Shown here: positions 34,245 to 44,291 of the stretch, one piece after another
Numbering within the stretch: the stretch's first letter is position 1
How the letters are laid out: the number at the start of each line of letters is the position of its first letter
NCBI GenBank assembly: GCA_963803435.1
Contig: CAWDML010000003.1
Location: forward strand, 416,001 to 480,000
DNA length: 64,000 nt
DNA from: an uncultured delta proteobacterium
GTDB taxonomy: Bacteria > Myxococcota > Kuafuiibacteriia > Kuafuiibacteriales > Kuafuiibacteriaceae
Direction: 5' to 3'
Translations under genes and position numbers: made by a program
The notes under the pieces: generated by a model
Told to the model about the DNA's origin: nothing
Database searches by the model: none
Seen by the model: the letters and a program-made list of their open reading frames with translations, nothing else

Positions 34245-34633
34245 AGCTCCTCGAGGAGCGCGTAGGCGCGGCGGAGGTGCGGGATCACGATGCTCCCTCC
34301 GATCACGAGCGCCACGTTGAGCGACTCCTCCTGCTCGGCGCGGGTCGCGTCCAGGCGCCAGCTCTGGATGACGTGGTAGTTGATGCAATCGTCGCAGCGA
34401 AGCGCGGCGGAGACCGACAGGCCCATCAGCTCCTTCGTCTTCGCCGGCAGCGGTCCCTCGAGGTACGCGTTATGGTCGAGGTTGTAGAAGCGCTTCACGA
34501 AGGCGTTGTCGGCGGTGGTCACCGTCTCGTTGAGCCGGCGCCTCGTCTCGATGAAGCTACGAGCTCGCGGGCTCCGCTGGGCGGCGTCCTCCTCGCTCCG
34601 CAAGTATCGAGGCTCCCGCGCGGACGTCTTCAT
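34178..34633 (-). CDS. Carboxymuconolactone decarboxylase/AhpD family protein
   Basis: KRFYNLD..AY..G.L..KTKELMGL...LRCDDCINYH; ALVIGGSIVIPHLRRA. Confidence 0.88.
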   Translation of the reverse strand: MKTSAREPRYLRSEEDAAQRSPRARSFIETRRRLNETVTTADNAFVKRFYNLDHNAYLEGPLPAKTKELMGLSVSAALRCDDCINYHVIQSWRLDATRAEQEESLNVALVIGGSIVIPHLRRAYALLEELYGPSTAPGATGTGTHEQSDSP

Positions 34634-34671
34634 GACCGGCGGGCATACTGGTCACGGTACGGCGAGGCAAG

Positions 34672-36331
34672 TCACTCGGCGGTGGACGCGGTCGCGGTGG
34701 CGCGGAGACGGCGGCGGTCGCGGCGGCCCGGGCGGGCGATGGCGAGCCGGACGGCGGTCGCGGGGTCGGCCTCGTAGAGGTCGGCCTCCGCGTCCTGGAG
34801 GTCGCCGAGCTGGGGCGCGCGGCGGAGGGCGCGGACGCGGAGGGAGAGGGCGTCGGTGTCCTGGGGGGCGAGCCGGAGGAGCGCGCGGGCCTCGAGGAGC
34901 GCGTGATCGATGCGACCCTCGCGCAGCGCCAGCTCGCCGCGGGCCAGGCGGCCGGCGCGATCCTGGGCGGAGGCGACCGCGCCCACCGGATCCGCGCCCA
35001 GCTCGACCGCTGCGCGGGCGTCGATGCGGGCGGCGACCTCGGCGAGGCCGAGCGTGCGTGCGCTCGCGCGGGAGGCGTCGAGAATCGTTCGACGCCAACG
35101 CCAGCGACATCTCGAGGCGCACGCTCTCCTGGACGGCGCCGCGGCGCGCGAGCTCGGGGAGGAGGGTGCGGGCGCGCTGGAGCTCGCCGTGCTCGAGCAT
35201 CGTGGCGATGCGTCTCCGCACCGGCTCCGGGCAATCGGGCGCCGCCGCCTGCCAGCGCTCGAGCAGGTCATCGAGGAACGGGCCCGTGTCGCCGCGGGCC
35301 GAGACGATCGCCACGCGCATCTCCAGGATCTCCGGCACGCCCGCATACCGCTCGGGGAGCGCGTCGAGGAGCTGCTGCGCCTCGTCGAGCCGGCTCAGGG
35401 CGATCAGTACGCCGGCGCGCGCCGCGGTGAAGCGATGGCCGACCAGCTTCTCGTAGAGCACCTCCGCACGCTGTGCGTCGACGGTCTCGAGCGCCGTCGC
35501 CAGCCTCGCGCTGAAGACCGTGCGATCCGGCTGGAGCTGCTGGGCGGCCTCGAGTGCGCTCACGGCGCTCGCGCTCCGTCCGACCGCGAGATCGCGCGTC
35601 CCCGAGATCCACTGCGCGAGCGACTGCGCCGGATCGAGGAAGACGGCGCGGGCGATCGGATCGTTCTTCTTGTCGCCGAGCGACGGCGCCGGCGGGGGGC
35701 TGACCATCCCGTAGAGGACCGCTGCGGCGCGCCCGGTCAGCAGGCGCGCGTACGGGTTCTTGGACAGCGATCCGCGGAGTCGCGCCTCGAAGGTCTCGCG
35801 CGGCGTGGGACGGGAGAGCAGCGCCGCGATCTGTGCGACGAGGCGTGCCGTCGCCTCGAACGGATCGTCGCGCGGCGCTGCCGCCACCAGCTCGCGGCAC
35901 TCTCCGTCAGCCAGACAGACGGTAGCCGCCAGGGTGAAGCGGTCCTTCTCGCCGGCGAGCGACAGCGCCAGGCGAACGTCCGCGCGATCGGGATCGAGGA
36001 AGCGCGGCGCCGGCTGTGCGCCCACCTGGCAGGTCACCTCCGAGAGATCGGCGAGGGCGGTTGCGATCATCGCGGTGAGGAGCCCGAGCGTCTCGGGGCG
36101 GAACCGAAGCGTCGTCTCCTCGTCGAGCGCGGGCGTGATGCGCACCGAGACGGCGCGCTCCTCCGCGATCCGCTCGGGCTCCGCCCATTGAACTCCCGCC
36201 GGGTCCCCGGTACACGCAGGGAGAGCGGTGGCGAGCAGGAAGAAGAGGGTGCTCCTCTGGAGCTTGGCCGTCGTCCTGTTCGTGCTGGCGAGCGGGCTCG
36301 GTGCCGGCTGGCTCTGGTTCTCTCGAAACAT
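34672..36331 (-). CDS. TPR-like hypothetical protein (+1 frameshift at 35081-35086; start uncertain)
   Basis: Removing one base joins 34652..36331 to the frame of 34672..35346 (ASNDLDASRAS); TPR-like helices. Confidence 0.7.
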
Positions 36332-38234
36332 TCTCGCGGATCTACCGACCGATCTCTCGCACCTCAGGGGCTGGAAGCCGCCGACGACGTGCCGAGTATA
36401 CGACGCTTCGGCGCGCCAGCTCGACGAGTTCTACCTCGAACGCCGGATCTGGGTCTCGATCGAGACGCTCCCCGACTTCGTCCCCCAGGCCTTCGTCGCG
36501 GCGGAGGACCGGAGGTTCTTCGAGCACAAGGGGGTCGACCTGTTCGGCATCGTGCGGGCGGTCTGGATCAACCTGACCACCGGTCGCACCCAGCAGGGCG
36601 GCTCCACGATCACGCAGCAGCTGGTGAAGAACCTGCTGGTGGGGAGAGAGCGCAGCTATCGGCGCAAGCTGCGGGAGGCCGTGCTCGCGTACCGGCTCGA
36701 GCGCGAGCTCGACAAGGAGCACATCCTCGAGCTGTACCTCAACTACGTCTACCTCGGCGCCGGCAACTACGGCGTGGAGGCCGCCGCCCGCGACTACTTC
36801 GGCGTGCCAGCCTCGGCGCTCAACCCGGGACAGGCCGCGATGATCGCAGGGCTGGTGCCGGCGCCGGCGCGGTACTCTCCGCGCCCGCACCCCGACGTCG
36901 CCGAGGAGCGGCGCCGACTGGTGCTCGACCGGATGGTGGCCGACGGCTACCTGGAGGTGAAGGAGGCGCAGGAGTTCCTCGACGATCCCGTCTTCTACAA
37001 GCCGGAGGCGCAGGAGAGCAGCCGCATCGGCCTCGCCTACACCACCCAGGTGCGCCGCGAGCTGCGGCGGCTGCTCGGCGCCGAGTGGATCGTGAGCGCC
37101 GGACTTCGCGTGGAGACGCCGCTCGATCTGCGCCTCCAGGAGGTGGCCGAGGGGGCCGTGCTGAAGGCAATCGATGCGCTCGAACGGCGGCAGGCGGCGG
37201 CCAAAGGTCCGCGCCTCCCCACCGAGGGCGCCGCGCTGGTGATGGAGAACGCCACGGGTCGGATCCTGGCGCTGGTGGGCGGCAAGCACGTGGGGCTGGA
37301 GGGCTTCATCCGCGCCACCCAGGCGCGCCGCCAGCCGGGGAGCAGCTTCAAGCCGTACGTGTATGCCACCGCGCTCTCGAAAGGGAAGACGCAGCTCGAC
37401 CTGGTCGAGGACGGGCCGCTCAGCCTGATGGGCGCCGGCGGCAAGCGGTGGTCGCCGAAGAACTACGACGGCCGCTTCCGCGGTCAGGTGTCGCTCCGGA
37501 CGGCGCTGGCCAACAGCCTCAACACCGTCTCGGTGCGCCTCGTGTTCGAGGCCGGGATGGACGACGTCGCACGCATGGCCCAACGCATGGGCGTCACCGC
37601 CCGGCTTCGCGTCGATCCCACGCTGGCGCTGGGGAGCAGCGAGGTCACGCTGATGGATCAGGTGCGCGGCTACGCGACGATCGCGCGGCTCGGTGTTCCG
37701 ACCGACCCGGTGTTCGTCAATCGGATCCTCGACGCCGAGGGTCGGCCGCTCGGGGTGGCAGGCGGCGCCGTGGAGGGACGCAACACCCGCCTGCCGGGTC
37801 GGGCGCCTCCGCGGGTCCTGCCGGCGGGCGTGGCCTACGAGCTCACCGACATGATGCGCGAGGTGGTGCGCAAGGGGACGGCGCGCCGCGCGTACACCAA
37901 GCTGCACGATCGCGCCGGCAAGACCGGCACCACCAATGATTTCGTCGACGCCTGGTTCATCGGGTTCACGCCGCGTCACACCATCGGCGTGTGGATCGGC
38001 ACCGACGGACACGCCTCACTCGGCGACGGCGAGACCGGCGGCCGCGCCGCGCTCCCGGCCTGGATGGAGATCGCGGAGGCCCTCCACGAGCCCCTCTACG
38101 ACCGGTTCCCCGTCCCGGACGAGGCGATCCTGGTGAAGGCCGGCGACGAGTGGGTGGCGCTGCCGCGCGGGCGCGTTCCGGCGCGCGTGCTACCGGTGGA
38201 GGCGCCGGGGTTCGAGCCGCTGGCGGGGCCTTAG
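36228..38234 (+). CDS. Class A penicillin-binding protein 1A family (transglycosylase/transpeptidase)
   Basis: EDRRFFEHKG, GGSTITQQLVKN, RKLRE; SSFK, SLN, KTG motifs; N-terminal TM. Confidence 0.93.
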   Translation: MASRKKRVLLWSLAVVLFVLASGLGAGWLWFSRNILADLPTDLSHLRGWKPPTTCRVYDASARQLDEFYLERRIWVSIETLPDFVPQAFVAAEDRRFFEHKGVDLFGIVRAVWINLTTGRTQQGGSTITQQLVKNLLVGRERSYRRKLREAVLAYRLERELDKEHILELYLNYVYLGAGNYGVEAAARDYFGVPASALNPGQAAMIAGLVPAPARYSPRPHPDVAEERRRLVLDRMVADGYLEVKEAQEFLDDPVFYKPEAQESSRIGLAYTTQVRRELRRLLGAEWIVSAGLRVETPLDLRLQEVAEGAVLKAIDALERRQAAAKGPRLPTEGAALVMENATGRILALVGGKHVGLEGFIRATQARRQPGSSFKPYVYATALSKGKTQLDLVEDGPLSLMGAGGKRWSPKNYDGRFRGQVSLRTALANSLNTVSVRLVFEAGMDDVARMAQRMGVTARLRVDPTLALGSSEVTLMDQVRGYATIARLGVPTDPVFVNRILDAEGRPLGVAGGAVEGRNTRLPGRAPPRVLPAGVAYELTDMMREVVRKGTARRAYTKLHDRAGKTGTTNDFVDAWFIGFTPRHTIGVWIGTDGHASLGDGETGGRAALPAWMEIAEALHEPLYDRFPVPDEAILVKAGDEWVALPRGRVPARVLPVEAPGFEPLAGP

Positions 38235-38296
38235 CTAAACCGTTCCGTTGTCGGGGAACGATTCGGACGTTTTCGGACCGGTTCTTCGGGCGCTCG

Positions 38297-39235
38297 TCAG
38301 AGCGCGTCCTCGAGCACCTGCGCAACTTGCCTTGCGACGTGCTCCCAGCCGAGCGCGTCACGCGCCCGGGCGATCGCCGCCTCCGGCAACGCGGCGGCCA
38401 TCTCCGCCTCGACCGCCGACGCCAGCGCCTGCCTGAGCGCGACCGGCGACGCAGCCACCACCTGCACCGCGACGAGCTCGGGTGCGTAGAGCGATTCGAG
38501 CCGCTCGGCGCTCGGGCCTGGAAGCGCGGCCTGACGACGGCCGCACGCGGCATATTCGGAATCGCCGCCGGTCAGGCTCACGCACGCGTGGGCGGCCTGG
38601 ATTGCGAGGACCTGCTCTTCGCGCGGGCCCGCGCCGAGGAACACCACCGGAGAGGAGGGGCGCGTGGCGGCGCGCATCGCCTGGACGAAGGGGGCGCCGG
38701 GACCGTCGCCCACCACGAGCAGCCCGGTGCCGCTGAGCCGCCGGTGGGCCTCGGCCAGCACGTCCAGGCGGAGCGATGGATCGAGCGCCGCCACCAGCGT
38801 CACGAAGCGCAAGCCAGGTTGCAGGTGGAGCCGTTCCCGTGCGGCGTCGCGGTCGCCCGGGACGAACGTTGCGAGATCGATCGCGGGCGGCACGATCGCG
38901 GCGTCCCTCGCACCCAGCGCGTCGACGGCGTGACGGGCGAGGGTCTCGGACGGTGCGATCACCGTCCGGGCGGCGCGGATGACCCCGAGCGCGGGCGCCG
39001 CCGGCAGGACGTCGCGGTCGAGCTCCACGCCGTACGGGATGCGGAGCGCCAAGAGCGAGAGCGCGACGCGCAGCGCACCGGGCTCGAGCGCGAGGTAGGC
39101 CACATCGGGCCGGTGCCGGAGGACCGCTGGGACGAGCGTGCGGAGGCCCGGAGGAATCGCGACGACGTCGTGCCCCAGGCGCGCCATCGCCCGCACGAGG
39201 GGGCTCTCGCTCCGAGTGAGGACGAGGACGCGCAT
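38297..39235 (-). CDS. Divergent GT-B (GT4-like) glycosyltransferase
   Basis: GHDVV, RPDV, VIAPSE, LLVVGDGP, FLG, EYAACG, W..VARQ. Confidence 0.7.
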   Translation of the reverse strand: MRVLVLTRSESPLVRAMARLGHDVVAIPPGLRTLVPAVLRHRPDVAYLALEPGALRVALSLLALRIPYGVELDRDVLPAAPALGVIRAARTVIAPSETLARHAVDALGARDAAIVPPAIDLATFVPGDRDAARERLHLQPGLRFVTLVAALDPSLRLDVLAEAHRRLSGTGLLVVGDGPGAPFVQAMRAATRPSSPVVFLGAGPREEQVLAIQAAHACVSLTGGDSEYAACGRRQAALPGPSAERLESLYAPELVAVQVVAASPVALRQALASAVEAEMAAALPEAAIARARDALGWEHVARQVAQVLEDAL

Positions 39236-39449
39236 CCCGAGGCTCGGTCCAAAGGTAGGCGGATCGTGGCAGAGGTGGTTGTTGCTCCGCTCGTCCTGGA
39301 ACCGAACGGCGTCCGTATGTCATACTTCGCGCCGTCTGGCGAAGGATCGGTCCGACAGCGCCGGCCGCCGACCAGGCCGGAATACCACGTACCAGGCCGA
39401 GGCCTATCAAAACGGCGCCGAGCTGGAACCGATCCGCCCGCAGGATCTG

Positions 39450-41273
39450 ATGGATCCGGACGCGACCGGCGCCCGGGTCGAGGGCGACTTCGACGGCTTC
39501 CACCAGCCGACCGCCATGTTCGACAAGGGCCAGTTCCTCGGGGAGCTGGCGGATCTCCAGGACGGCGGCCCGGACACCCGGGCCGCGGTGGAGACCGCCG
39601 ACGCGCCCCGGGGCTGCCGGTTGATCATCGTGGCGGGCCCGGACCTGGGCCTCGAGTGGGGCTTCAAGCACCCGGAGATCGTGATCGGCCGCGATGAGGA
39701 CTGCCAGCTCTCGCTCAACGACATCGCCGTCTCGCGCAAGCACGCCAAGCTCACGCTCGAGGGCCAGCGCTTCTTCCTCTCCGATCTCGGCAGCGGGAAC
39801 GGCACCTATCTCAACGGCGCGCGGGTCGACGCGCGGGTGGAGCTCTCGCCCGGGGACGAGATCAAGATCGGCGAGCGAACGCTTCGCTTCGTCGAGCTCA
39901 ACGAGGCGCCGGCCACCGCCGCGGCGCACCCCATCGGCCCCGGCGGCCGCGAGCCCCTGGTCGGGGATCCGACCGCGTTCGACGACGAGGACTCGTTCCG
40001 ACCGCTCGGCGGCCGCTCGCAAATCGACGTCGACGCGGTGCACGCGAAGGACGAGCCGGGCGTCGTGGGCACCAAGCAGGTTCCGAAGAAGGTCGAGCCT
40101 CCGCCCACCCAGGGGGCGGCCCTCAAGAAGGCGGCGCTGGCCTTCGCAGGGATCGCGCTCCTGCTCACGATCGCCGTGGTCGCCTGGTTGATCTGGGAGA
40201 AGACGCGCGAGGATGAGACCGAGGCCGAGCGGATGGCCCGGTCGAAGCGCGAGTTCGTGCAGGGCGTCGAGCTGGCCAAGGGCAAGCGGTGCGGCGACGC
40301 CTCGGTGCTCTTCAACCGCGTGCTGGCGGTGCGCCCCGACTACGCGCGCGCCCGCGATTACCTCGAGTACTGCCAGCGTGAGCTGGGCGTGTGGAAGCAG
40401 GTGGACGGCGCCCGGAAGCTGGGCGATGCGGGCCGCTACACGATGGCGCTCGAGCAGCTCGAGAACATCTCCAGCGACAGTCGCTACGTCTCGGACATCA
40501 TGCAGCTCAAGGACCGCTACCAGACCGCGATCGCCCGCAAGCTGGTCAAGGAGGCGCAGGGCTACTTCGAGCAGAAGGAGTACGAGCGGGCCCTCGATCT
40601 GGTGGCGCGCGCCCTCGAGCGGGCCCCCAACCTCGTAGAGGCGCGCGAGCTTCTCGATCAGATCGAGGCCGTGGCGAAGCGGCCGGCGCCCAGGCGCAGG
40701 CCCAAGAACGCGATTCCTCCGGTGCTGATGCGCGCTGTGGCGCTGTACAAGAACGCGCAGATCGGCCCTGCGATCGACGCCGCCGAGGCAGCCGGAGGTG
40801 CCGAGGCCGCCGCGTACATCGAGCGCATGAAGCGCGTGAAGACGTTGCTCGACGACACGCGCGAGGCGCACCGGCAGAAGGCCGGCGGCGAGATCCTCCG
40901 GCTGGCGCCGGCCGCCCTCGAGATCGACAAGGAGATCGCGGGCGGCGAGGGGAAGATCCACGACAAGCTGACCAGCCTCTACGCCGACGGCCTCTACCTC
41001 AAGGGCGTGGCGGTGATGGCGTCGGAGGACTACGTCGAGGCCTATCGCCTGCTCAAGGAGGCGACCCGCAAGAAGCCCGGGCACAAGCTCGCCGAGAGCC
41101 GGCTGCTGGAGCTGAACCGGAAGGCGGCCGACATCTATTACCGGGGCTACGTGTTGAAGGACACGGACAAGGTGGAGGCGCGCAAGATCTTCAAACGCCT
41201 CACGCAGATGACTCCGGAGTCGAACGAGTATCACCGCAAGGCGGCCGAGTGGCTGAGGGCGAACAGCGGATGA
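39450..41273 (+). CDS. FHA-TM-TPR membrane protein (start uncertain)
   Basis: VIGR, VSRKHA, DLGSGNGTYLNG; TM AALAFAGIALLLTIAVVAWLIW; TPR helices after the TM. Confidence 0.85.
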   Translation: MDPDATGARVEGDFDGFHQPTAMFDKGQFLGELADLQDGGPDTRAAVETADAPRGCRLIIVAGPDLGLEWGFKHPEIVIGRDEDCQLSLNDIAVSRKHAKLTLEGQRFFLSDLGSGNGTYLNGARVDARVELSPGDEIKIGERTLRFVELNEAPATAAAHPIGPGGREPLVGDPTAFDDEDSFRPLGGRSQIDVDAVHAKDEPGVVGTKQVPKKVEPPPTQGAALKKAALAFAGIALLLTIAVVAWLIWEKTREDETEAERMARSKREFVQGVELAKGKRCGDASVLFNRVLAVRPDYARARDYLEYCQRELGVWKQVDGARKLGDAGRYTMALEQLENISSDSRYVSDIMQLKDRYQTAIARKLVKEAQGYFEQKEYERALDLVARALERAPNLVEARELLDQIEAVAKRPAPRRRPKNAIPPVLMRAVALYKNAQIGPAIDAAEAAGGAEAAAYIERMKRVKTLLDDTREAHRQKAGGEILRLAPAALEIDKEIAGGEGKIHDKLTSLYADGLYLKGVAVMASEDYVEAYRLLKEATRKKPGHKLAESRLLELNRKAADIYYRGYVLKDTDKVEARKIFKRLTQMTPESNEYHRKAAEWLRANSG

Positions 41274-41524
41274 AGCCGGTCAAGGTCTACTACACACCGT
41301 GGTGCGGGTTCTGTACCCGGGCGCGGCGCTTGCTCGACGCGCGCGCCATTCCCTATGAAGCGATCGACGTCGACGGCGACACCGATACGCGCGAGTGGCT
41401 TTGCGAGGCGACGGGCCAGCACACGGTCCCCCAGATCTTCATCGGGGAGGAGTCGATCGGCGGCTATTCTGAGCTCAGCCACCTCGACTCGACGGGCGAG
41501 CTCGCGAAGAAGCTGGGCGACTGA
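41270..41524 (+). CDS. grxC: Dithiol glutaredoxin (Grx3-like)
   Basis: WCGFC, TVPQIFI, IGGY; ATGA overlap with the upstream gene. Confidence 0.88.
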   Translation: MKPVKVYYTPWCGFCTRARRLLDARAIPYEAIDVDGDTDTREWLCEATGQHTVPQIFIGEESIGGYSELSHLDSTGELAKKLGD

Positions 41525-41564
41525 GCCAGCGCGCCGGCCGCGGTGGGTGGTACAAGGGCCTCGG

Positions 41565-44228
41565 ATGCGGGACTTCGCCCAAACGGTGGCGGCGGCGCAG
41601 GCGCTCGGGACGGACGTGGTGCGGGGCCTGGACGCCGCCCAGGTGGAGAGGAGTCGGATCCAGTACGGCGGGAATCGGCTCGCCGAGGTCGGGACGCGCT
41701 CGATCGCATCGATCTTTTACAATGCGATCACCGACAAGACGCTGCTGATCCTGCTGGGCGCCGCGGTGCTCTCGATCGTGGTCGAGCTCGTGGAGTCGGC
41801 CGTCCACACCGATCATTCACCGCACTACCTGGACGGGATCGCGATCCTCTGTGCGGTGGCGATCGCTTCGCTCGTCACCACGCTGAACGAGGCGCGTGCG
41901 GCCAAGGAGTTCAGGGCGCTCTCGAAGGTCCGCTCCGACGTGGGCGCGAAGGTCCTCCGGGAGGATCACGTGGTGCGGATCTCGACCTTCGATCTGGTGG
42001 TCGGCGACATCGTGTACTTCGACACCGGTGACCGGTTGCCCGCCGACGGCAAGCTTCTCGCCGGCGTGGACGTGCAGGTCGATCAGTCGATGCTCACCGG
42101 TGAGTCGATGCCGGTGAAGAAGACCGAGGCCGATCTCGAGCTTCTCGGCGGGACCATCGTGACCGGGGGACACGGCCGGATGCTGCTCGAATCGGTGGGG
42201 GCGGGGTCGGAGATCGGCAAGCTCCAGCTCACGCTGACCGAGACCGAGGAGGCGCCCACGCCGCTGCAGGACCGGCTGAGCCGGCTGGCCGATCGCATTG
42301 GCTTGTTCGGTCTCCTGGCCGCCGTCCTCACGTTCCTCGCCCTCGCGATCTCCGGCTTCGCCCGGGGGACGCTGCCGATGAGGTTCGCGCTGGGGACGGG
42401 CGCCCAGTTGCTCGAGTTTCTGATCGTCGCGGTGACCATCGTGGTGGTCGCGGTGCCCGAGGGGCTGCCGCTGGCGGTCACCATCAGCCTCGCCTACAGC
42501 GTGCGAAAGATGGCGAAGGCTAAGAACCTGGTCCGCAAGCTGGCGAGCTGCGAGACGATGGGCGCCGCCACCTGCATCTGCACCGACAAGACCGGCACGC
42601 TCACGCGGAACCGCATGAGCGTGGTCGCGGCCCGCGTGGGCGGGATCGACATCGATCAGGGTCCCACTCCGGGAGATCTGTCCGCCGAGGACTTCGAGCT
42701 CTTCGCCGACATCGCCTCCATCGACTCGACCGCGTTCCTGGAGACGCGGGACGGCATGGAGCAGTACGTGGGCAACCCCACCGAGTGTGCGCTCCTCTCG
42801 CTCGTCACCAAGTGGGGCGTCGACTGGCGGCGGCGGCGGTCGGGCGCCGAGATCGTCCACCAGTACGGCTTCACGTCCGACCGCAAGCGGATGTCGACGC
42901 TGGTGCGGCGCGGGCGCGAGCATTTCCTGCTGGTGAAGGGGGCCCCCGAGGTCGTGATTGGGCTCTCGGGTGATGTCGAGCCGTCGCAGCGCGAGGCGCT
43001 GCTCGCGGCCGTGAACGACTACTCGGCCAAGGGACATCGCACGCTGGCGCTCGCGTATCGCCGCCTCCCCGACCAACCCGACGAGTCGTTTGCGCGGCCC
43101 GAGGAGATGGAGCGATCGCTCTCGCTCCTGGCGGTGGTCGCGATCGCCGACCCGATCCGCCCCGAGGTCCGCGGCGCGATCGCGAAGATCCGCGACGCGG
43201 GCGTGGACGTCAAGATCGTCACCGGTGACAACCCGCTGACGGCCCGGACGATCGCGGAGCAGGTCGGGCTGATCGACGCGGATGCGATCGTGATGGAGGG
43301 CGTCGAGTTCCGGGAGAAGACGGACGAGGAGTTGCTGCCGAACCTCGATCACCTGCGGATCCTTGCGCGCACCATCCCCAGCGACAAGCACCGCCTCGTG
43401 AACCTCCTCAAGCGATCGGGTCAGGTGGTGGCGGTGACGGGCGATGGGACGAACGACGCGCCCGCGCTCAAGGCGGCCGACGTCGGCTTCGCGATGGGCC
43501 TCTCCGGGACCGAGGTGGCGAAGGAGGCGAGCGACATCGTGATCCTCGACGACAACTTCGCCTCCATCGTGGTCGGCATTCAGTGGGGTCGATCGATCTT
43601 CGAAAACATCCGCAAGTTCATCCAGTTTCAGCTCACCGTGAACGTGGTGGCGCTGACGACGGCCTTCCTGGCCGCGGTCCTCGGCTTCGGCATCCCGCTC
43701 AACACGGTGCAGCTCCTCTGGGTCAACCTGATCATGGACACGATGGCGGCCCTGGCCCTGGCCACCGAGCCGCCGGGTGAGGAGCTGTTCCACCAGCCGC
43801 CCCACGGACGTCACGCCCCGCTGATCACGCGCAGCATGTGGATCAACATCTTCGTGATGGGTGGCCTGATGATCGCCGTGCTCTTCGCGGTGATGGAGAC
43901 CGACTGGGTCGTCCCGGCCGCCACGCCGCATCCCGCGAAGCTGACCTTCGTGTTCAACACGTTCGTGATGATGCAGGTCTTCAACGAGCTCAACGCACGT
44001 TCCACCCGCTTCGATCGGGGCGTCTTCCGGAACCTGGGCGACAGTCCGCTCTTCCTCGTCGTGGTCATGACCACGGTGGCCGTGCAGGCGGTCATCGTTC
44101 AGTATGGCGGCACGTTCTTCCGGACGGTCCCCCTCGACCCGGACCTCTGGATGCGATCGTTGATCATCGGCGTCTCGATCCTGGGAGTGGGGGCGGCGCT
44201 CAGGGCGGGCGGCCGGGTGCTGCTGTGA
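41565..44228 (+). CDS. Calcium-translocating P-type ATPase, PMCA (PIIB)-type
   Basis: TGES, PEGLPLAVTISLAYSV, DKTGTLT, TGDN, GDGTNDAPAL, QLLWVNLIMDT.AALALATEPP, FNTFV.MQVFNE.NAR. Confidence 0.9.
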   Translation: MRDFAQTVAAAQALGTDVVRGLDAAQVERSRIQYGGNRLAEVGTRSIASIFYNAITDKTLLILLGAAVLSIVVELVESAVHTDHSPHYLDGIAILCAVAIASLVTTLNEARAAKEFRALSKVRSDVGAKVLREDHVVRISTFDLVVGDIVYFDTGDRLPADGKLLAGVDVQVDQSMLTGESMPVKKTEADLELLGGTIVTGGHGRMLLESVGAGSEIGKLQLTLTETEEAPTPLQDRLSRLADRIGLFGLLAAVLTFLALAISGFARGTLPMRFALGTGAQLLEFLIVAVTIVVVAVPEGLPLAVTISLAYSVRKMAKAKNLVRKLASCETMGAATCICTDKTGTLTRNRMSVVAARVGGIDIDQGPTPGDLSAEDFELFADIASIDSTAFLETRDGMEQYVGNPTECALLSLVTKWGVDWRRRRSGAEIVHQYGFTSDRKRMSTLVRRGREHFLLVKGAPEVVIGLSGDVEPSQREALLAAVNDYSAKGHRTLALAYRRLPDQPDESFARPEEMERSLSLLAVVAIADPIRPEVRGAIAKIRDAGVDVKIVTGDNPLTARTIAEQVGLIDADAIVMEGVEFREKTDEELLPNLDHLRILARTIPSDKHRLVNLLKRSGQVVAVTGDGTNDAPALKAADVGFAMGLSGTEVAKEASDIVILDDNFASIVVGIQWGRSIFENIRKFIQFQLTVNVVALTTAFLAAVLGFGIPLNTVQLLWVNLIMDTMAALALATEPPGEELFHQPPHGRHAPLITRSMWINIFVMGGLMIAVLFAVMETDWVVPAATPHPAKLTFVFNTFVMMQVFNELNARSTRFDRGVFRNLGDSPLFLVVVMTTVAVQAVIVQYGGTFFRTVPLDPDLWMRSLIIGVSILGVGAALRAGGRVLL

Positions 44229-44291
44229 ACGGCGCGCCTCACCCAACCTACGGTGGCGGAGCAGCGCGTCACGGGTGACAATCATCGTCGA

